Shown: positions 46,801 to 60,074 of the stretch, one piece after another
Layout: every line of letters begins with the position of its first letter
Position numbering within the stretch: position 1 is the stretch's first letter
Origin: Macrostomum lignano
Lineage: Eukaryota
Length of the DNA: 64,000 bases
Assembly (NCBI GenBank): GCA_002269645.1
Contig: NIVC01001527.1
Span: forward strand, 8,141 to 72,140
Direction of reading: 5' to 3'
Position numbers and translations under genes: made by a program
The notes under the pieces: model-generated
What the model saw: the letters and a program-made list of their open reading frames with translations, nothing else
Told to the model about the DNA's origin: nothing
Databases searched by the model: none

Positions 46801-47911
46801 AGAGAGAGACTGCCAATCCTAGTCTCAACCAATCAGAACACGAGAAGGGATAGAGAGAGACTGCCAATCCTAGTCTCGACCAATCAGAACACGAGAAGGG
46901 ATAGAGAGAGACTGCCAATCCTAGTCTCGACCAATGAGAACACTAGAGAGAACAGAGAGAGATCCAATTGGAAATTAAAAAACTTTCTAGGCAGCCACTG
47001 GCCTGTCAGCTAGTCGCGTTCAACTCGGACACCCTGGTCCGTGTCTACTGCCTTCGCTACAGCCGCTATGCCTGCCCGCTGCACAGCTGCCCGGCTAATT
47101 ACACGCCGGTGCTGTCCAGATGCGGATCCAGAATTGCCTACGCAACTAATTTCACCTATGGCTCAGCGGCTTCTAGTGGCACAACTAGCGTTGCCGTGGC
47201 TTCAATTAATTCGACTGTTGGCGTTGCCGGACCTCCTGGACTGGCTGCAGGGCTCGGCTTGGCGACCGGTTCGACTTCTAGCGAGTGTTCGGTTATGGTT
47301 AGACAGCTGCCGCAGCCCCTCACTCTCAGGGCGATGGCTAGGGAGGTCATCTTGCAGGTAACCTGGGATGATACCCGAGTATATTGCCACCTGTGTGTGT
47401 GAAATACCTGGGTATATTTTCATATGTGTGTGATAGATACCTGGGTATTGTCACCTGTGTTTGTGTGATAACTACCTGGGTATTGTCACCTGTGTGATAG
47501 ATACCTGGGTATTGTCACCTGCGTGTGTGTGATAGATACCTGGGTATATTGTCACCTGTGTGTGATAGATACCTGGGTATATTGTCACCTGTGTGATAGA
47601 TACCTGAGTATTGTACCAGTGTGATATATACCTGGGTATATTGTCACCTGTGTGATAGATACCTAAGTATTGTACCAGTGTGATATATACCTGGGTATTG
47701 TCATCTGTGTAGTATAGACGCCATGGTATTGTCACCGTAACTTACGTGTACACCCGAACCCCACTCACTCCGCCAGATGTGGCCAGACCAGTACCTGTGC
47801 AATCAAGTGCTGTTGCCAAGGCGACTGCAGAGCTACTTGAAATTCTTGCCCGATTTCACCTGCGCCGGATCTTGCCTATCCAGGTCCAGCTCTACGGCTA
47901 CCAGCTATTGA
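43807..47911 (+). CDS. SOCS-box protein with probable beta-propeller-like N-terminal region (3' exons)
   Basis: Phase-compatible exons 43807-44024, 44722-44997, 46160-46593, 46991-47357 and 47777-47911. The C-terminus PLTLRAMAREVILQ|MWPDQYLCNQVLLPRRLQSYLKF has BC-box and cullin-box spacing. Poly-Ala and poly-Gly inserts. 5' end unresolved. Confidence 0.78.
44118..44590. repeat. 24-bp intronic minisatellite
   Basis: Unit ATGACCCCAGATAAAGGAGGACAA. Confidence 0.95.
45038..46098. repeat. two adjacent 22-bp intronic minisatellites
   Basis: TTCACCGATCCTAATTCACCTA to ~45660, then CCAATACTGAAGCATCCATTCA. Confidence 0.95.
46670..46935. repeat. 51-bp intronic minisatellite
   Basis: Unit TCTCGACCAATCAGAACACGAGAAGGGATAGAGAGAGACTGCCAATCCTAG, ~5 copies. 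Confidence 0.93.
47380..47720. repeat. ~28-30-bp intronic minisatellite
   Basis: GTGTGATAGATACCTGGGTATTGTCACCT-like units. Confidence 0.85.
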
Positions 47912-49257
47912 GGATGGCTAATGTTGATGACTACCGATATGTATCGATATCAATATTTATTTAGGCTGTATCTTAGCTAGCGTGCAACCAGCGTGTTTAG
48001 AGAACGATCATAAACTGTTTTTGAAATGAATAAGTAAAATATTAATATTTCGTTACCTAGATTTCATGCTCACCGATTCGAATAAAAAGTATGCACAAGC
48101 GTATATTCAGCTCTAACAGCCGATATTTAGCGAACTTTTTAATTTTCCTATATTAAGCTAGTGTAGTTACAAACTAGAATATGCTTTGTAGGGAGTTTTG
48201 TTTGCTTTCTACTTATCTTATTCATTTATTTATGTGCATGTACTCGTTCCTACAGATATCCCTAGCCCTGTTTTTTCATTTGTCATTCGTCAATAAAATT
48301 TGAACTCGTGCCATATCGATTCTTTTTATTCTTATAATCGAGGAATTCGTTTTAATAACTGTAAATAGTTTTGGCGCGAATTCAAGTTTTTTTGGCAACT
48401 GTCATAGCTGCACTAAAATTCAGTTTACATTAATTTTTTGTTTTTTTACTAAAATTGCTTTTATTCTTTGTTTTAATACCTTGATGCAGTTTTTTGTGTT
48501 AATAAATGTCAATTTCCTTTGGTTTTATAATTCATTTTTTGTTTAAACGGTTTTCCCGCGAATTCATGGCTTCTTTGTAAATTTTATCCAGCAGTTTTTT
48601 GCTATATCCACTGCTTATACTATTAAACTGTTTAGAAGGTGTACATTTTTGTTTAATGTATTTTTTAATCATCCATTTTGTTGTTTTCCGGCATTATTTG
48701 TTTTACTGTTTTTGTAACTATTCATTTTTAACGAAGAGTTTTTCGCTTTAAAAAATCTCCCTTAGTTTTTTCGCTGGCATTTTATTGAATCTAATTCTTC
48801 AATGTATCTTTTCAAAAATATGGATTTTCATCGATCGTCCTGCTTTTGTATAAACAGACAAATTTCAGTCCTTATGCTTGTTGTCTTAATTTCTTTTTTT
48901 CTTATCTCTTCCGTTAACTTTTTTATTTTGAACCCCACCGCAGCACTTTCCCTATTCGAGACTTAGTTTGGATTTTTGTGGTAAATATTATCGGTGTTAA
49001 TATCTGATTTATTGCCTGCTGTGTTTTCTCATTTTAATGCTTCTCTGTTAATAACTTTTTTCATAAGACTGTTTTAATCATAATAACCTTTATATATATA
49101 AGTTCGGATTGTTATACATATATATATATATATGTACTGCTTCTAAACGGTACGCCCTGTGCAGATTTGTTTTTTTAATGTTTCTTCATGATTTTGCCTG
49201 CCAGAACACCTGTTCAAGCAATTGACAAATTGTGTTCTAGATAAATCAGCCACCTAG

Positions 49258-49550
49258 CCCACGTCCCGCACCCACCCCCACGCCCCGCACCCACCCCACG
49301 CCCCGCACCCACCCCACGCCCCGCACCCACCCCACGCCCCGCACCCACCCCACGCCCCGCACCCACCCCACGCCCGCACCCACCCCACGCCCCGCACCCA
49401 CCCCACGCCCCGCACCAACCATACGCCCCATGCCCACCCACACGCCCGCACCCACCCCACGCCCGCACCCACCTCCATGCCCGCACCCACCTCCATGCCC
49501 CGCACCCACCTCCATGCCCCGCACCCACCTCACGCCCCGCACCCACTCCA
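49258..49550. repeat. 18-bp C-rich minisatellite (G-rich on the minus strand)
   Basis: Unit CCCCACGCCCCGCACCCA. Confidence 0.92.
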
Positions 49551-50507
49551 CTCCGCAGTAATCTCACTTCCTTCACCGATAGCTTTCCATTTTGTAGAAA
49601 ATCTGTAAACAATGACCCATATTGTTTTGAGTTCTAGTTCTTATTGCAGATTTGTTTTAGTTGTTTCAATACGATGCAATGAAAACTGTTCTTTCAAGTC
49701 TTTATTCTCCAGTTTGGTACAAAGTAGATCCTAAGCGTGATCGAATAATATACTGAAAATTTTCATTATATTATTTGGTTTGAATTACTGCAATCCTGCA
49801 AATAATTGTGAGCACACTTGCATAACTTGCTGGTAACATGTATTGTATTTTATGCTTGACTTGCTGCTGAAATATTATTGCAGTTTCATATTAATTTGTG
49901 TGAGCGCTTTTTAGATTTTCCGTTTTTGTGTTCCGTTGATTTTTTACTTATAGTTCACATTATTATTATTGTCTGACTCACAAGTTTTTATGTTTTAGTC
50001 CGAATTACACTACTTGTGTAAGTAGCAAAGCTGTAATGTGTGGCTTGTAAGTTTTGTTTTTATTATATACAAGGTAACCATATCGGTTTGTAGTAGTTGC
50101 TGGATGTTTGCCCTGTGTGGGCTAATAAATAATAAACAATAAAATAATGCAGAGCTAGTAAAGTGAAGTTTTAATTTATTTGTTCGTTTATTATTATTAC
50201 TTTTTTAATATAGTGGGTTAGTTACGTATACATTGTATTGACTATTGATATAAATTGAAATATGAACTGTATACTTGATATCAGCTAATGACAGTTTCAT
50301 CATTGCAGGATAACAGACAGAGAAAAATAAATTTAGTTTGTTCAATTTTTAAAACAACTTCTACCAACAGCTGTGTTATAATAGGGACTAGACTAGAATA
50401 ACACCGTGAGTTTATTTCTGATCAGTTCACCAGAACAATAAAAATGGCGTCGTTTTGTCTCATGAGACGGCTCACAAGTGCTTGAAGATGCAGCAATTAT
50501 TCATAAA

Positions 50508-52192
50508 TTATCTACGACTGAAAATCAGCCGATAATCTCCGGGCACTCGCAGTGATCCCATGTGTCCCCTGAGGATGTCGTCCTTCTTTGCCGCACTCTC
50601 CGGCTCCGGCCGCACCCGGTACCGCTGCATGATGGCCGTGAAGAACAGGAAAATCTCCATTCGCGCCAGAGACTCGCCAACGCAAGAGCGCCGACCAATC
50701 AGGAACGGGATGAGGTACGGACTGCTCCGGTAGCGACCTTTGTTGTCGAGAAAGTGCTCAGGGTAGAACTCGTTCGGTCTCTCCCAGTACTCGGCTCGGT
50801 GGTGGACGCCGTAAACCAGTGGGATGATGATCGCATCGCTCGGGATTCGGTAGCCGTGGAAGGTTGCGTCTTCCACTGAGCGATGGAAAACTCCGATGGC
50901 AGCCAGCGAGGCTTTTCTGTAGGTCTCGTCGATGACAGCGCTGGTGTAGTGCAGTTCTGTCCTGTCCTGCATCCGTGGACGCCTCGATTGACCGACGACG
51001 GAGTCGAGCTCGTTCTGGACTCGGTCCTGCACCTCCGGATAGAAGGCCATGTAGAGCAGCAGCCACTCCATCGATCGGGCGGTCGTGTCAGTGCCGGCCA
51101 GGTAGAACTCGAAGCACACTCGGATGAGCTGGAACTCCTTGAACGTCTCAAAGTCGCCAGCCTTCTCAGCCTTGCGCTTCTCCTGTTGTAAAATTTACGA
51201 AATGGTTTAGCACTAATTGGTTTACTTTTATACTAGTGCTGGTCTTCGGACCAAATTCTAAATTCTTCCAGCGGTCTCACCTGGATGTACGCATCGCACA
51301 GGCAGGTGGGCTGCACATCGGACCCAGCCGGCATCGCCGCCTCCCGCAGTCGGATCTGCTGGCGAAAGAACTCGTTCAGGTATTCGACATCGCGAAACAC
51401 CCGCGTAGACATCGGTATGATGTCCAGCAGCTTCTCGGCGGCCGGGAACAGAAAGCAGGCGGTCTCGGAGATGCCCGACTCCAGCGTGGCCGCGATCAGG
51501 CTGGTCACCTTCTTGAAGTCGGGATCGTCGCGGTGAAACCGCCTGCCAAGCGTCATCTCGGTGATGACGGAATTCACGGCCAGCAGAAATGTGTCCAGAG
51601 TTTTCACCGGCTGCGCAGCCTCCGCTGCCTCGTCCAGCTGCTGCAGCAGCGGCTCCAGCTGGTCCTCGATCATGCCAACCGCCTTGGAGCCGGAGAACCC
51701 GATCTCACGCAGGGTCCTCAAACTCAGTCGTCTCTGATGGCACCAGACTTTGCCTTCGACTAGAAATATGCCACAGTTCCTGGTCATCTTCTCAAACAGG
51801 CGCAGTCTTGGCCTGCCCGCAAACACCGGGTCGTCCAGCATCTCCTTCATCAGCGGATAGGAGTTCACTACCACAAACAGTCGGCCGCCCAGATAGAACG
51901 AGCACAAGTCGCCGTACTTCTGGCATTCCTTCTGCATCGTCAGGTGCAGGCACAGGGCGTCGGCCCAGGGCAGTCGCCCCAGCAGCGGCACCCCGACAGG
52001 CCCGGGCGGCAGGTCGCGAGCTCGCCTCCAGCTGCAGTAGGCTGCGTAGGCGGCGGCGGCGGCTGCCACGGCTACCATCGCCGTAGCTGCCGAGCACATT
52101 GTCGAACTGCTGGACGTCGAACTCGAAGCCAAGCCGGTGACCGCCAGCGTCCAGTGCAGCCAGTCGGTGAACAGTTGGCGATGCGGTTGCAT
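50508..52192 (-). CDS. cytochrome P450, CYP2 clan (paralog 1, two exons)
   Basis: Exons 52192-51281 and 51182-50508 (98-nt GT-AG intron). Motifs PPGP, WxxxR, AGTDTT, ETYR, PEHF and the heme motif FLIGRRSCVG. The start could instead be the Met at 52099. Confidence 0.94.
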
Positions 52193-52761
52193 TGCAGTTT
52201 GGCTTATGTAGGCTGTCTTATTAGATGGCGAACAGACGAAGGCGTAAAGGGAGCGGTTACTGTCTAGCGGAGCGGCGCTTGTCCTTCATTAGATAGTCCT
52301 CGGGTTAAGGGGGGGGGAGACTCCCAGCCAACCGGGTGTGTGTCTGCGGGTGGCCAGTTGTGCCTTAGCTTTTTAGCCAATTGTGTTTGCCAAAGAAAGC
52401 TCTCGACAGGGTGCTATTTTTATATCTGCGTCTGTCTAACCGCGCTTACGCAGCGAGTATTTGCGCATTGCTGCTGCATGGGTTCGTCAAGTTTATTCAC
52501 ACAAGCTCAGGGCGCAAATACCGCAGACAAGAAATGGAAGAATCCATGCCGAAATTTAATTTGTTTCCCAAAACGATTCTGAATTAGACTAGACAATGTA
52601 ACCTTGTAGAGTGCGACTGCAGCGGAGTATAGTGTAAAAAACAGTCAATATTTTTAATCGCGTGATCTTAGTTTCTTAAATAATTTGTTTCCATTTAAAT
52701 GAGACGGTACGGCAACTAGAGTTCAGTCTGGATCATTTTGCTAAAAACCGCTCATTGACCC

Positions 52762-53487
52762 CTAGAAAAGCCACTAAATGACTACTAGAAAAGCCACTAA
52801 ATGACTACTAAAAAAGCCACTGAATGACTACTAGAAAAGCCACTAATTGACTACTAGAAAAGCCACTAATTGACTACTAGAAAAGCCACTAATTGACTAC
52901 TAGAAAAGCCACTAATTGACTACTAGAAAAGCCACTAATTGACTACTAGAAAAGCCACTAATTGACTACTAGAAAAGCCACTAATTGACTACTAGAAAAG
53001 CCACTAAATGACTACTAGAAAAGCCACTGAATGACTACTAGAAAAGCCACTAATTGACTACTAGAAAAGCCACTAAATGACTACTAGAAAAGCCACTGAA
53101 TGACTACTAGAAAAGCCACTAATTGACTACTAGAAAAGCCACTAAATGACTACTAGAAAAGCCACTGAATGACTATTAGAAAAGCCACTAATTGACTACT
53201 AGAAAAGCCACTAATTGACTACTAGAAAAGCCACTAATTGACTACTAGAAAAGCCACTAATTGACTACTAGAAAAGCCACTGAATGACTACTAGAAAAGC
53301 CACTAATTGACTACTAGAAAAGCCACTAAATGACTACTAGAAAAGCCACTGAATGACTACTAGAAAAGCCACTAATTGACTACTAGAAAAGCCACTAATT
53401 GACTACTAGAAAAGCCACTAATTGACTACTAGAAAAGCCACTAAATGACTACTAGAAAAGCCACTAATTGACTACTAGAATAGCCAC
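52762..53487. repeat. 23-bp minisatellite upstream of CYP paralog 1
   Basis: Unit GACTACTAGAAAAGCCACTAATT. Confidence 0.95.
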
Positions 53488-55059
53488 TACATGTAATTGA
53501 CTAGGAGCTTGACTTGGCTAAAAAGCCCCTAGAAGCTTGTTATAAAAATCAATGAAAAATCGTCAGAAAGCACAACATTTCCAAACGAATACTAGCAATA
53601 ACTTGCTGTCTGAGACCAATACCGTCCTCTAGTACAGACAACAGAATTCTTGTGTCTCTAGACCCTGAATTCGTGGCTTTTTGACCTTATACCTATTTAT
53701 CCCATTCAACACCATCACCACTGAAAGCCAGTCCAGTAGGCTTACTAATTTAAGGTTTAAGGTCAGACGGCTTGACCCAAGGTACGAGCAATATCATATA
53801 CGAAATCCGCTTTGCTGTACAAACGTACGGCACAGCCCGGAGCCTCGTTACTTCACTGTTAGCTTCACCCTGCCCTAACTCTTCCCCCTTAGTGGAAAGG
53901 AGGTTGTTCCCTCCTGAAAGAGGCCGCCTGCGAGTTCGCGCGCACTTTTTAATCATTTTTCATTTTCTGCTACAGGCATAGGCTTTCTTTTTCTAAAACC
54001 AGCTGTGTATAACAAAATCTGCGCAATATTATTAATCCCTGCAGATTCAGTAGAAACTTGCCTAAATTTTTAAGCCTAAATTTTTTCACAATTATGAAAT
54101 TTCACAACTCTAACAATTTACACTCGACATCACAATTTCCAAGCTTCACAACTTCCCTAGCTAGTCTTCCATTGCTGATCTATGTTGGTAACCCGTCTCA
54201 AAAGTAAAATGATCTGGAATTGAGCACTTGGAGGAAATTTGAGCAGTGCATAAGTTCGAGAGGCAAAAGTGCAACAGGTTCAGACGAGTCGCCTAAGTGC
54301 AAAAGGCTAAAATGATATGCAAAGTGAACTTTTGGGGCAGTTGTCAGACACTTGAACTCGGCTCGCCCCTCCGCCAGTCGCGTCATGTCAATAACCCTGG
54401 AACGACACGGATTCAGCTCTCCTCTTTCCTCTCCCTCTCTCTGTCTTTCTTTCTTACCCAGACTTCTCTATATACTCCTCAAGCGCATTTTAAATACTTC
54501 AGTATAATATTGTACGTACTCGAACTCTGAGTCATGGAGTACTAAAACATAGTCCATCTTGATTTATAGTAACTACTTGCAGAAACATTTTCCCAAGATC
54601 TATCTGCAACATAAGCAACAACAACCACAACAATAACAGCTAACAAAACAAAAACCAACAACGAATGTGCACCTATTTCCGCCCACCGGCTGCCTGCAGC
54701 GTCATCAGCAGCACCTCTTATACCTTGGGTTGCTGTATTGTTTAATAGCTAAGCTAAATTCCATGCTAATAGAAATAGTTTTCGCATTCCATGGCTGTTT
54801 AGTTTGTCGAAGCGAGAGAGACAGGTAGAGAGAGACAGAGAGGCTTAGATGAGCTAGTTAGAAAGCACTTGCTTTTATTAAAGTACGCTTGGACTTATCC
54901 AGGGCTGTCTTTTTAACTGTCCCCGCCTTGCAGAGGTGTAGTGTGAGCTTGTGACATAGAAGAAGCAAGATAGAGTAGCTGGTATTCATATGAAATTACA
55001 CAGAATGACATGCGAGTAGTTGTTATGAACGGCAGACACAAGAGGTCACAAGACCTAAA

Positions 55060-55820
55060 ATACGAGTTCAGTGGTCCAGATGCCAGGTTACACTTGTCAC
55101 TAAGCCTAAAATATGAGTTCAATTGTCCAGATGCCAAGTTACACTGGTCACTAAGCCTAAAATATGAGTTCAGTGGTCCAGATGCCAGGTTACACTGGTC
55201 ACTAAGCCTAAAATACGAGTTCAGTGGTCCAGATGCCAGGTTACACTTGTCACTAAGCCTAAAATACGAGTTCAGTGGTCCAGATGCCAAGTTACACTGG
55301 TCACTAAGCCCAAAATACGAGTTCAGTGGACCAGATGCCAAGTTACACTGGTCACTAAGCCCAAAATACGAGTTCAGTTGTCCAGATGTCAAGTTACACT
55401 GGTCACTAAGCCTAAAATATGAGTTCAATTGTCCAGATGCCAAGTTACACTGTTCACTAAGCCTAAAATATGAGTTCAGTGGTCCAGATGCCAGGTTTAC
55501 ACTGGTCACTAAGCCTAAAATACGAGTTCAGTGGTCCAGATGCCAAGTTACACTGGTCACTAAGCCTAAAATACGAGTTCAATTGTCCAGATGTCAAGTT
55601 ACACTGGTCACTAAGGCTAAAATACGAGTTCAATTGTCCAGATGCCAGGTTTACACTGGTCACTAAGCCCAAAATACGAGTTCAGTTGTCCAGATGCCAA
55701 GTTACACTGATCACTAAGCCTAAAATATGAGTTCAGTTGTCCAGATGCCAAGTTACACTGGTCACTAAGCCTAAAATATGAGTTTAGTGGTCCAGATGCC
55801 AGGTTACACTTGTCACTAAA
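55060..55820. repeat. 51-bp minisatellite
   Basis: Unit CACTGGTCACTAAGCCTAAAATACGAGTTCAGTGGTCCAGATGCCAAGTTA. Confidence 0.94.
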
Positions 55821-56819
55821 TATAAATACAAAGTGATAATTAGCAGGGTTTGTCTGCGTCTGTCGTAAGAGTATAGTTATAATCTGTGCTTATTAGTACC
55901 AATAAAAAAATAATTAGCCATTTCATACCATATCACATGTTTTAGAGCTACAATTAGGAGCTTTCATGCCAGTATGAAGACTTTTCTAAGAAATTATATG
56001 GGTGCAATTACAGGCTTTAAGTAAATAGCCATTGAAGAAGACCCGTGGATTCAGTTGCGCTGACCTTCCAGGGTCCACATGCGTTGAGTCATTGAGTCTA
56101 GCTGTAGTTTGCTTGCAGAATTGCGAACCTGTCATTTAGGTATTTTTGAGAGTTGATAGTTTTGAGACCTGAATAATGCCCCACCCTTTAGTGCACTTAA
56201 GCCGCACTGCATTGTAAATTGAGAGGCGAGGGTGAAGGAGACGACCCAGGGTAAAACCCCTGTCACTAATTCTCTGCATAACACCTATTATACTCTGCTG
56301 CCAAAGCATTCGTAGTATGCCCTGAATTCTCTCTCTCTCACGCGGCCCCGCAAGGCCAGTTCACTGCTCTCTGCATGCTAGAAAGCTAACTAACTGCAAG
56401 CGGTGCAGGGTCACGCCCGATACAAATCCGGTACAGAATCAGTTTTTAGACCTCTGGGGTGGGGTGGGGGAGGGGCGGGTGCTACAGGTCGGGCCCTCAG
56501 TAAACAATGGTTGCAGTGTTTCTCACCTTTTGGGAAGCTGTTTACTGCGGTGAGAGAAACCAGCTGCGCCGGGCTTTTATGTGGTTTTTAGGGGCTTTTT
56601 TACGGCAGAGCTAGTCTACACTTTTCTGAACTCGGTGACCTCTGCATTTGGAGCTGTGGAGCCTGTGGCTATGAGGGGGAGATTATTTAGTGCAAATGGC
56701 ACGGAATCAGAGCTTGCACTTTTGCATTTGCATTTGCACTTAAAATACGACACTTTCTTCTGGCATGAAATGAGAGCAAATTTATTCGCGATTCAAACAG
56801 AGTTTTCGCGATTGATTCA

Positions 56820-58806
56820 AATAAAGTCTGTATTTGAATCTATCGCTACAGTCTGTATTTGAATCGGTCTCTACCTGGTAAGTCTGTATTTGAACCTATC
56901 GCTACAGTCTGTATTTGAATCGGTCTCTAAGTCTGTATTTGAATCTGTCTCTAAGTCTGTATTTGAATCTATCGCTACAGTCTTTATTTGAATCGGTCTC
57001 TAAGTCTGTATTTGAATCGGTCTCTAAGTCTGTATTTGAATCGGTCTCTAAGTCTGTATTTGAATCTGTCTGTAAGTCTGTATTTGAATCGGTCTGTAAG
57101 TCTGTATTTGAATCTGTCTCTAAGTCTGTATTTGAATCTATCGCTACAGTCTGTATTTGAATCGGTTTCTAAGTCTGTATTTGAATCGGTCTCTAAGTCT
57201 GTATTTGAATCTGTCTGTAAGACTGTATTTGAATCTGTCTCTAAGTCTGTATTTGAATCTGTCTCTAAGTCTGTATTTGAATCTATCGCTACAGTCTGTA
57301 TTTGAATCGGTTTCTAAGTCTGTATATGAATCGGTCTCTAAGTCTGTATTTGAATCGGTCTCTAAGTCTGTATTTGAATCTGTCTGTAAGTCTGTATTTG
57401 AATCGGTCTGTAAGTCTGTATTTGAATCGGTCTCTAAGTCTGTATTTGAATCTGTCTCTAAGTCTGTATTTGAATCTATCGCTACAGTTTGTATTTGAAT
57501 CAGTATCTAAGTCTGTATTTGAATCTATCGCTACAGTCTGTATTTGAATCAGTATCTAAGTCTGTATTTGAATCTATCGCTACAGTCTGTATTTGAATCG
57601 GTCTCTAAGTCTGTATTTGAACTTCGGTCTCTAAGTCTGTATTTGAATCTGTCTGTAAGTCTGTATTTGAATCTGTCTGTAAGTCTGTATTTGAATCTAT
57701 CGCTACAGTTTGTATTTGAATCAGTATCTAAGTCTGTATTTGAATCTATCGCTACAGTCTGTATTTGAATCAGTATCTAAGTCTGTATTTGAATCTATCG
57801 CTACAGTCTGTATTTGAATCGGTCTGTAAGTCTGTATTAGAATCGGTCTCTCTAAGTCTGTATTTGAATCTGTCTCTAAGTCTGTATTTGAATCTGTCTG
57901 TAAGTCTGTATTTGAATCTGTCTCTAAGTCTGTATTTGAATCTATCGCTACAGTTTGTATTTGAATCAGTATCTAAGTCTGTATTTGAATCTATCGCTAC
58001 AGTCTGTATTTGAATCAGTATCTAAGTCTGTATTTGAATCTATCGCTACAGTCTGTATTTGAATCTATCGCTACAGTCTGTATTTGAATCTATCGCTACA
58101 GTCTGTATTTGAATCGGTCTCTAAGTCTGTATTTGAGTCTATCGCTACAGTCTGTATTTGAATCTGTCCTCTAAATCTGTATTTGAATCTGTCTGTAAGT
58201 CTGTATTTGAATCGGTCTCTCTAAGTCTGTATTTGAATCTGTCTCTAAGTCTGTATTTGAATCTATCGCTACAGTCTGTATTTGAATCTGTCTCTAAGTC
58301 TGTATTTGAATCTATCGCTACAGTCTGTATTTGAATCTGTCTCTAAGTCTGTATTTGAATCTATCGCTACAGTCTGTATTTGAATCTATCGCTACAGTCT
58401 GTATTTGAATCGGTCTCTAAGTCTGTATTTGAGTCTATCGCTACAGTCTGTATTTGAATCTGTCCTCAAAATCTGTATTTGAATCTGTCTGTAAGTCTGT
58501 ATTTGAATCGGTCTCTAAGTCTGTATTTGAATCGGTCTCTAAGTCTGTATTTGAATCGGTCTCTAAGTCTGTATTTGAATCTGTCGCTACAGTCTGTATT
58601 TGAATCGGTCTCTAAGTCTGTATTTGAGTCTATCGCTACAGTCTGTATTTGAATCTGTCCTCAAAATCTGTATTTGAATCTGTCTGTAAGTCTGTATTTG
58701 AATCGGTCTCTAAGTCTGTATTTGAATCGGTCTCTAAGTCTGTATTTGAATCGGTCTCTAAGTCTGTATTTGAATTTCGGTCTCTAAGTCTGTATTTGAA
58801 TCGGTC
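56820..58806. repeat. 2-kb array of interleaved 24/25-bp variants
   Basis: GTCTGTATTTGAATCGGTCTCTAA and GTCTGTATTTGAATCTATCGCTACA. Confidence 0.95.
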
Positions 58807-59189
58807 TAGAGACTTAGAGACTGATTAAAAAAGACTCTAAACTAGGAGGGCAAAATTATTTCGCTAATTGGCTCTTCTGTGCACTAGAAGTTTTGAAGCG
58901 AAAATATTGATACTACGATTGCAAGTTGTGCCTCAATTCTCTCCCGGGGGGATTTCCGGTTCTGCATTCTGTGCGACTTTTTGGACTGGCGAACTGAAGT
59001 AAGTTGGGTCGGTTTAGGGGTGGGGGGAGTTTGTGGGAGACAGAAAAACAAGGAAAGTTCTGAAGAGGCAGGACAAACAGAAAGAATCCGATTGAAAAGT
59101 AGTACGCAGTACTAGAAATTAGAATAGCGTTGTTTATAATGAACGTTTTTGAGCTGAAAGAGTAAATATGAGGGATAGAGAGAGTGGGG

Positions 59190-59590
59190 AGAGTGTTGAG
59201 AAAGAGGACAGCGGAGAGGAGGAGGAGACAGCGGATAGAGGAGGAGACAGCGGATAGAGGAGGAGACAGTGGAGAGGAGGAGAGAGCGGAGAAGAAGAGG
59301 AGACAGCGGATAGAGAAGGGACAGTGGAGAAGAAGAGGAGACAGCGGATAGAGGAGGAGACAGCGGAAAAGAGGAGGAGACAGCGGATAGAGGAGACAGC
59401 GGAGGAGGAGACAGCGGAGAAGAAGAGGGGACAGCGGATAGAGAAGGAGACAGCGGATAAAGGAGACAGCGAAGGAGGAGACAGCGGAGAAGAAGAGGGG
59501 ACAGCGGATAGAGGAGGGAGAAGAAGAGGAGAAAGCGGAGAAGAAGAGGAGACAGCGGATAGAGGAGGAGACAGCGGATAAAGAGGGAGA
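59190..59590. repeat. purine-rich degenerate repeat
   Basis: GAGGAGACAGCGGATAGA-like units. Confidence 0.85.
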
Positions 59591-60074
59591 CTGTTGTGTA
59601 GATAATATTAATGCAATACTTGTGTTTATTAGAAATAGCTAACCCTTTTGCTTCGAAACGAAAGCGCACGCGATGCGCTACTAAGAGTAGGCTACTTACC
59701 ATTTTTGAACCATATGATCATAGGCTGTAGTGTCAGTTTTCGACTGTAAAACGTCGACCTGAATTTATTTTATGTCTATCTGTCAGGGAGTTAAAAGTTA
59801 AAGAACAAAAAAAGCATAAAAGATATCTCTATTTTGTCTGGGAGGACACGATTACACAAAAATACACTAAATTACAATTATCAATTAACTCTTATAAATA
59901 TCTCGTAAGCTCTAAAGTTACTCTTCAGATTTTTATACTTAGCCAGTTAAAACCATTGTATCGGTTACTCGGCTAATGTGCTTCCGTATAAAAAGATAGA
60001 ATAAACTATAGCAGTTAGCTCTTTAGACAGACCGTGATAGTTTTCACTGTGGTCAAGCTCTGATTCAGCTGGCA

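Noticed and set aside
50562-52267. Overlapping plus-strand and alternate-frame ORFs over the CYP genes (also 60325-61816)
   Set aside because: Shadows of GC-rich codon usage in the real CYP frames.
54913-55730. 17-aa repeat ORFs over the 51-bp array
   Set aside because: Frames switch at unit indels, and no splice or start context supports coding.
56200-56420. CAGGGTAAAACCCCTG hairpin region as a possible SINE/tRNA head
   Set aside because: Only a short stem; no convincing A/B boxes, tail or TSD.
38995-58806. Regular short-period arrays as possible CRISPR arrays
   Set aside because: Head-to-tail units with no unique spacers, no cas genes, eukaryotic context.
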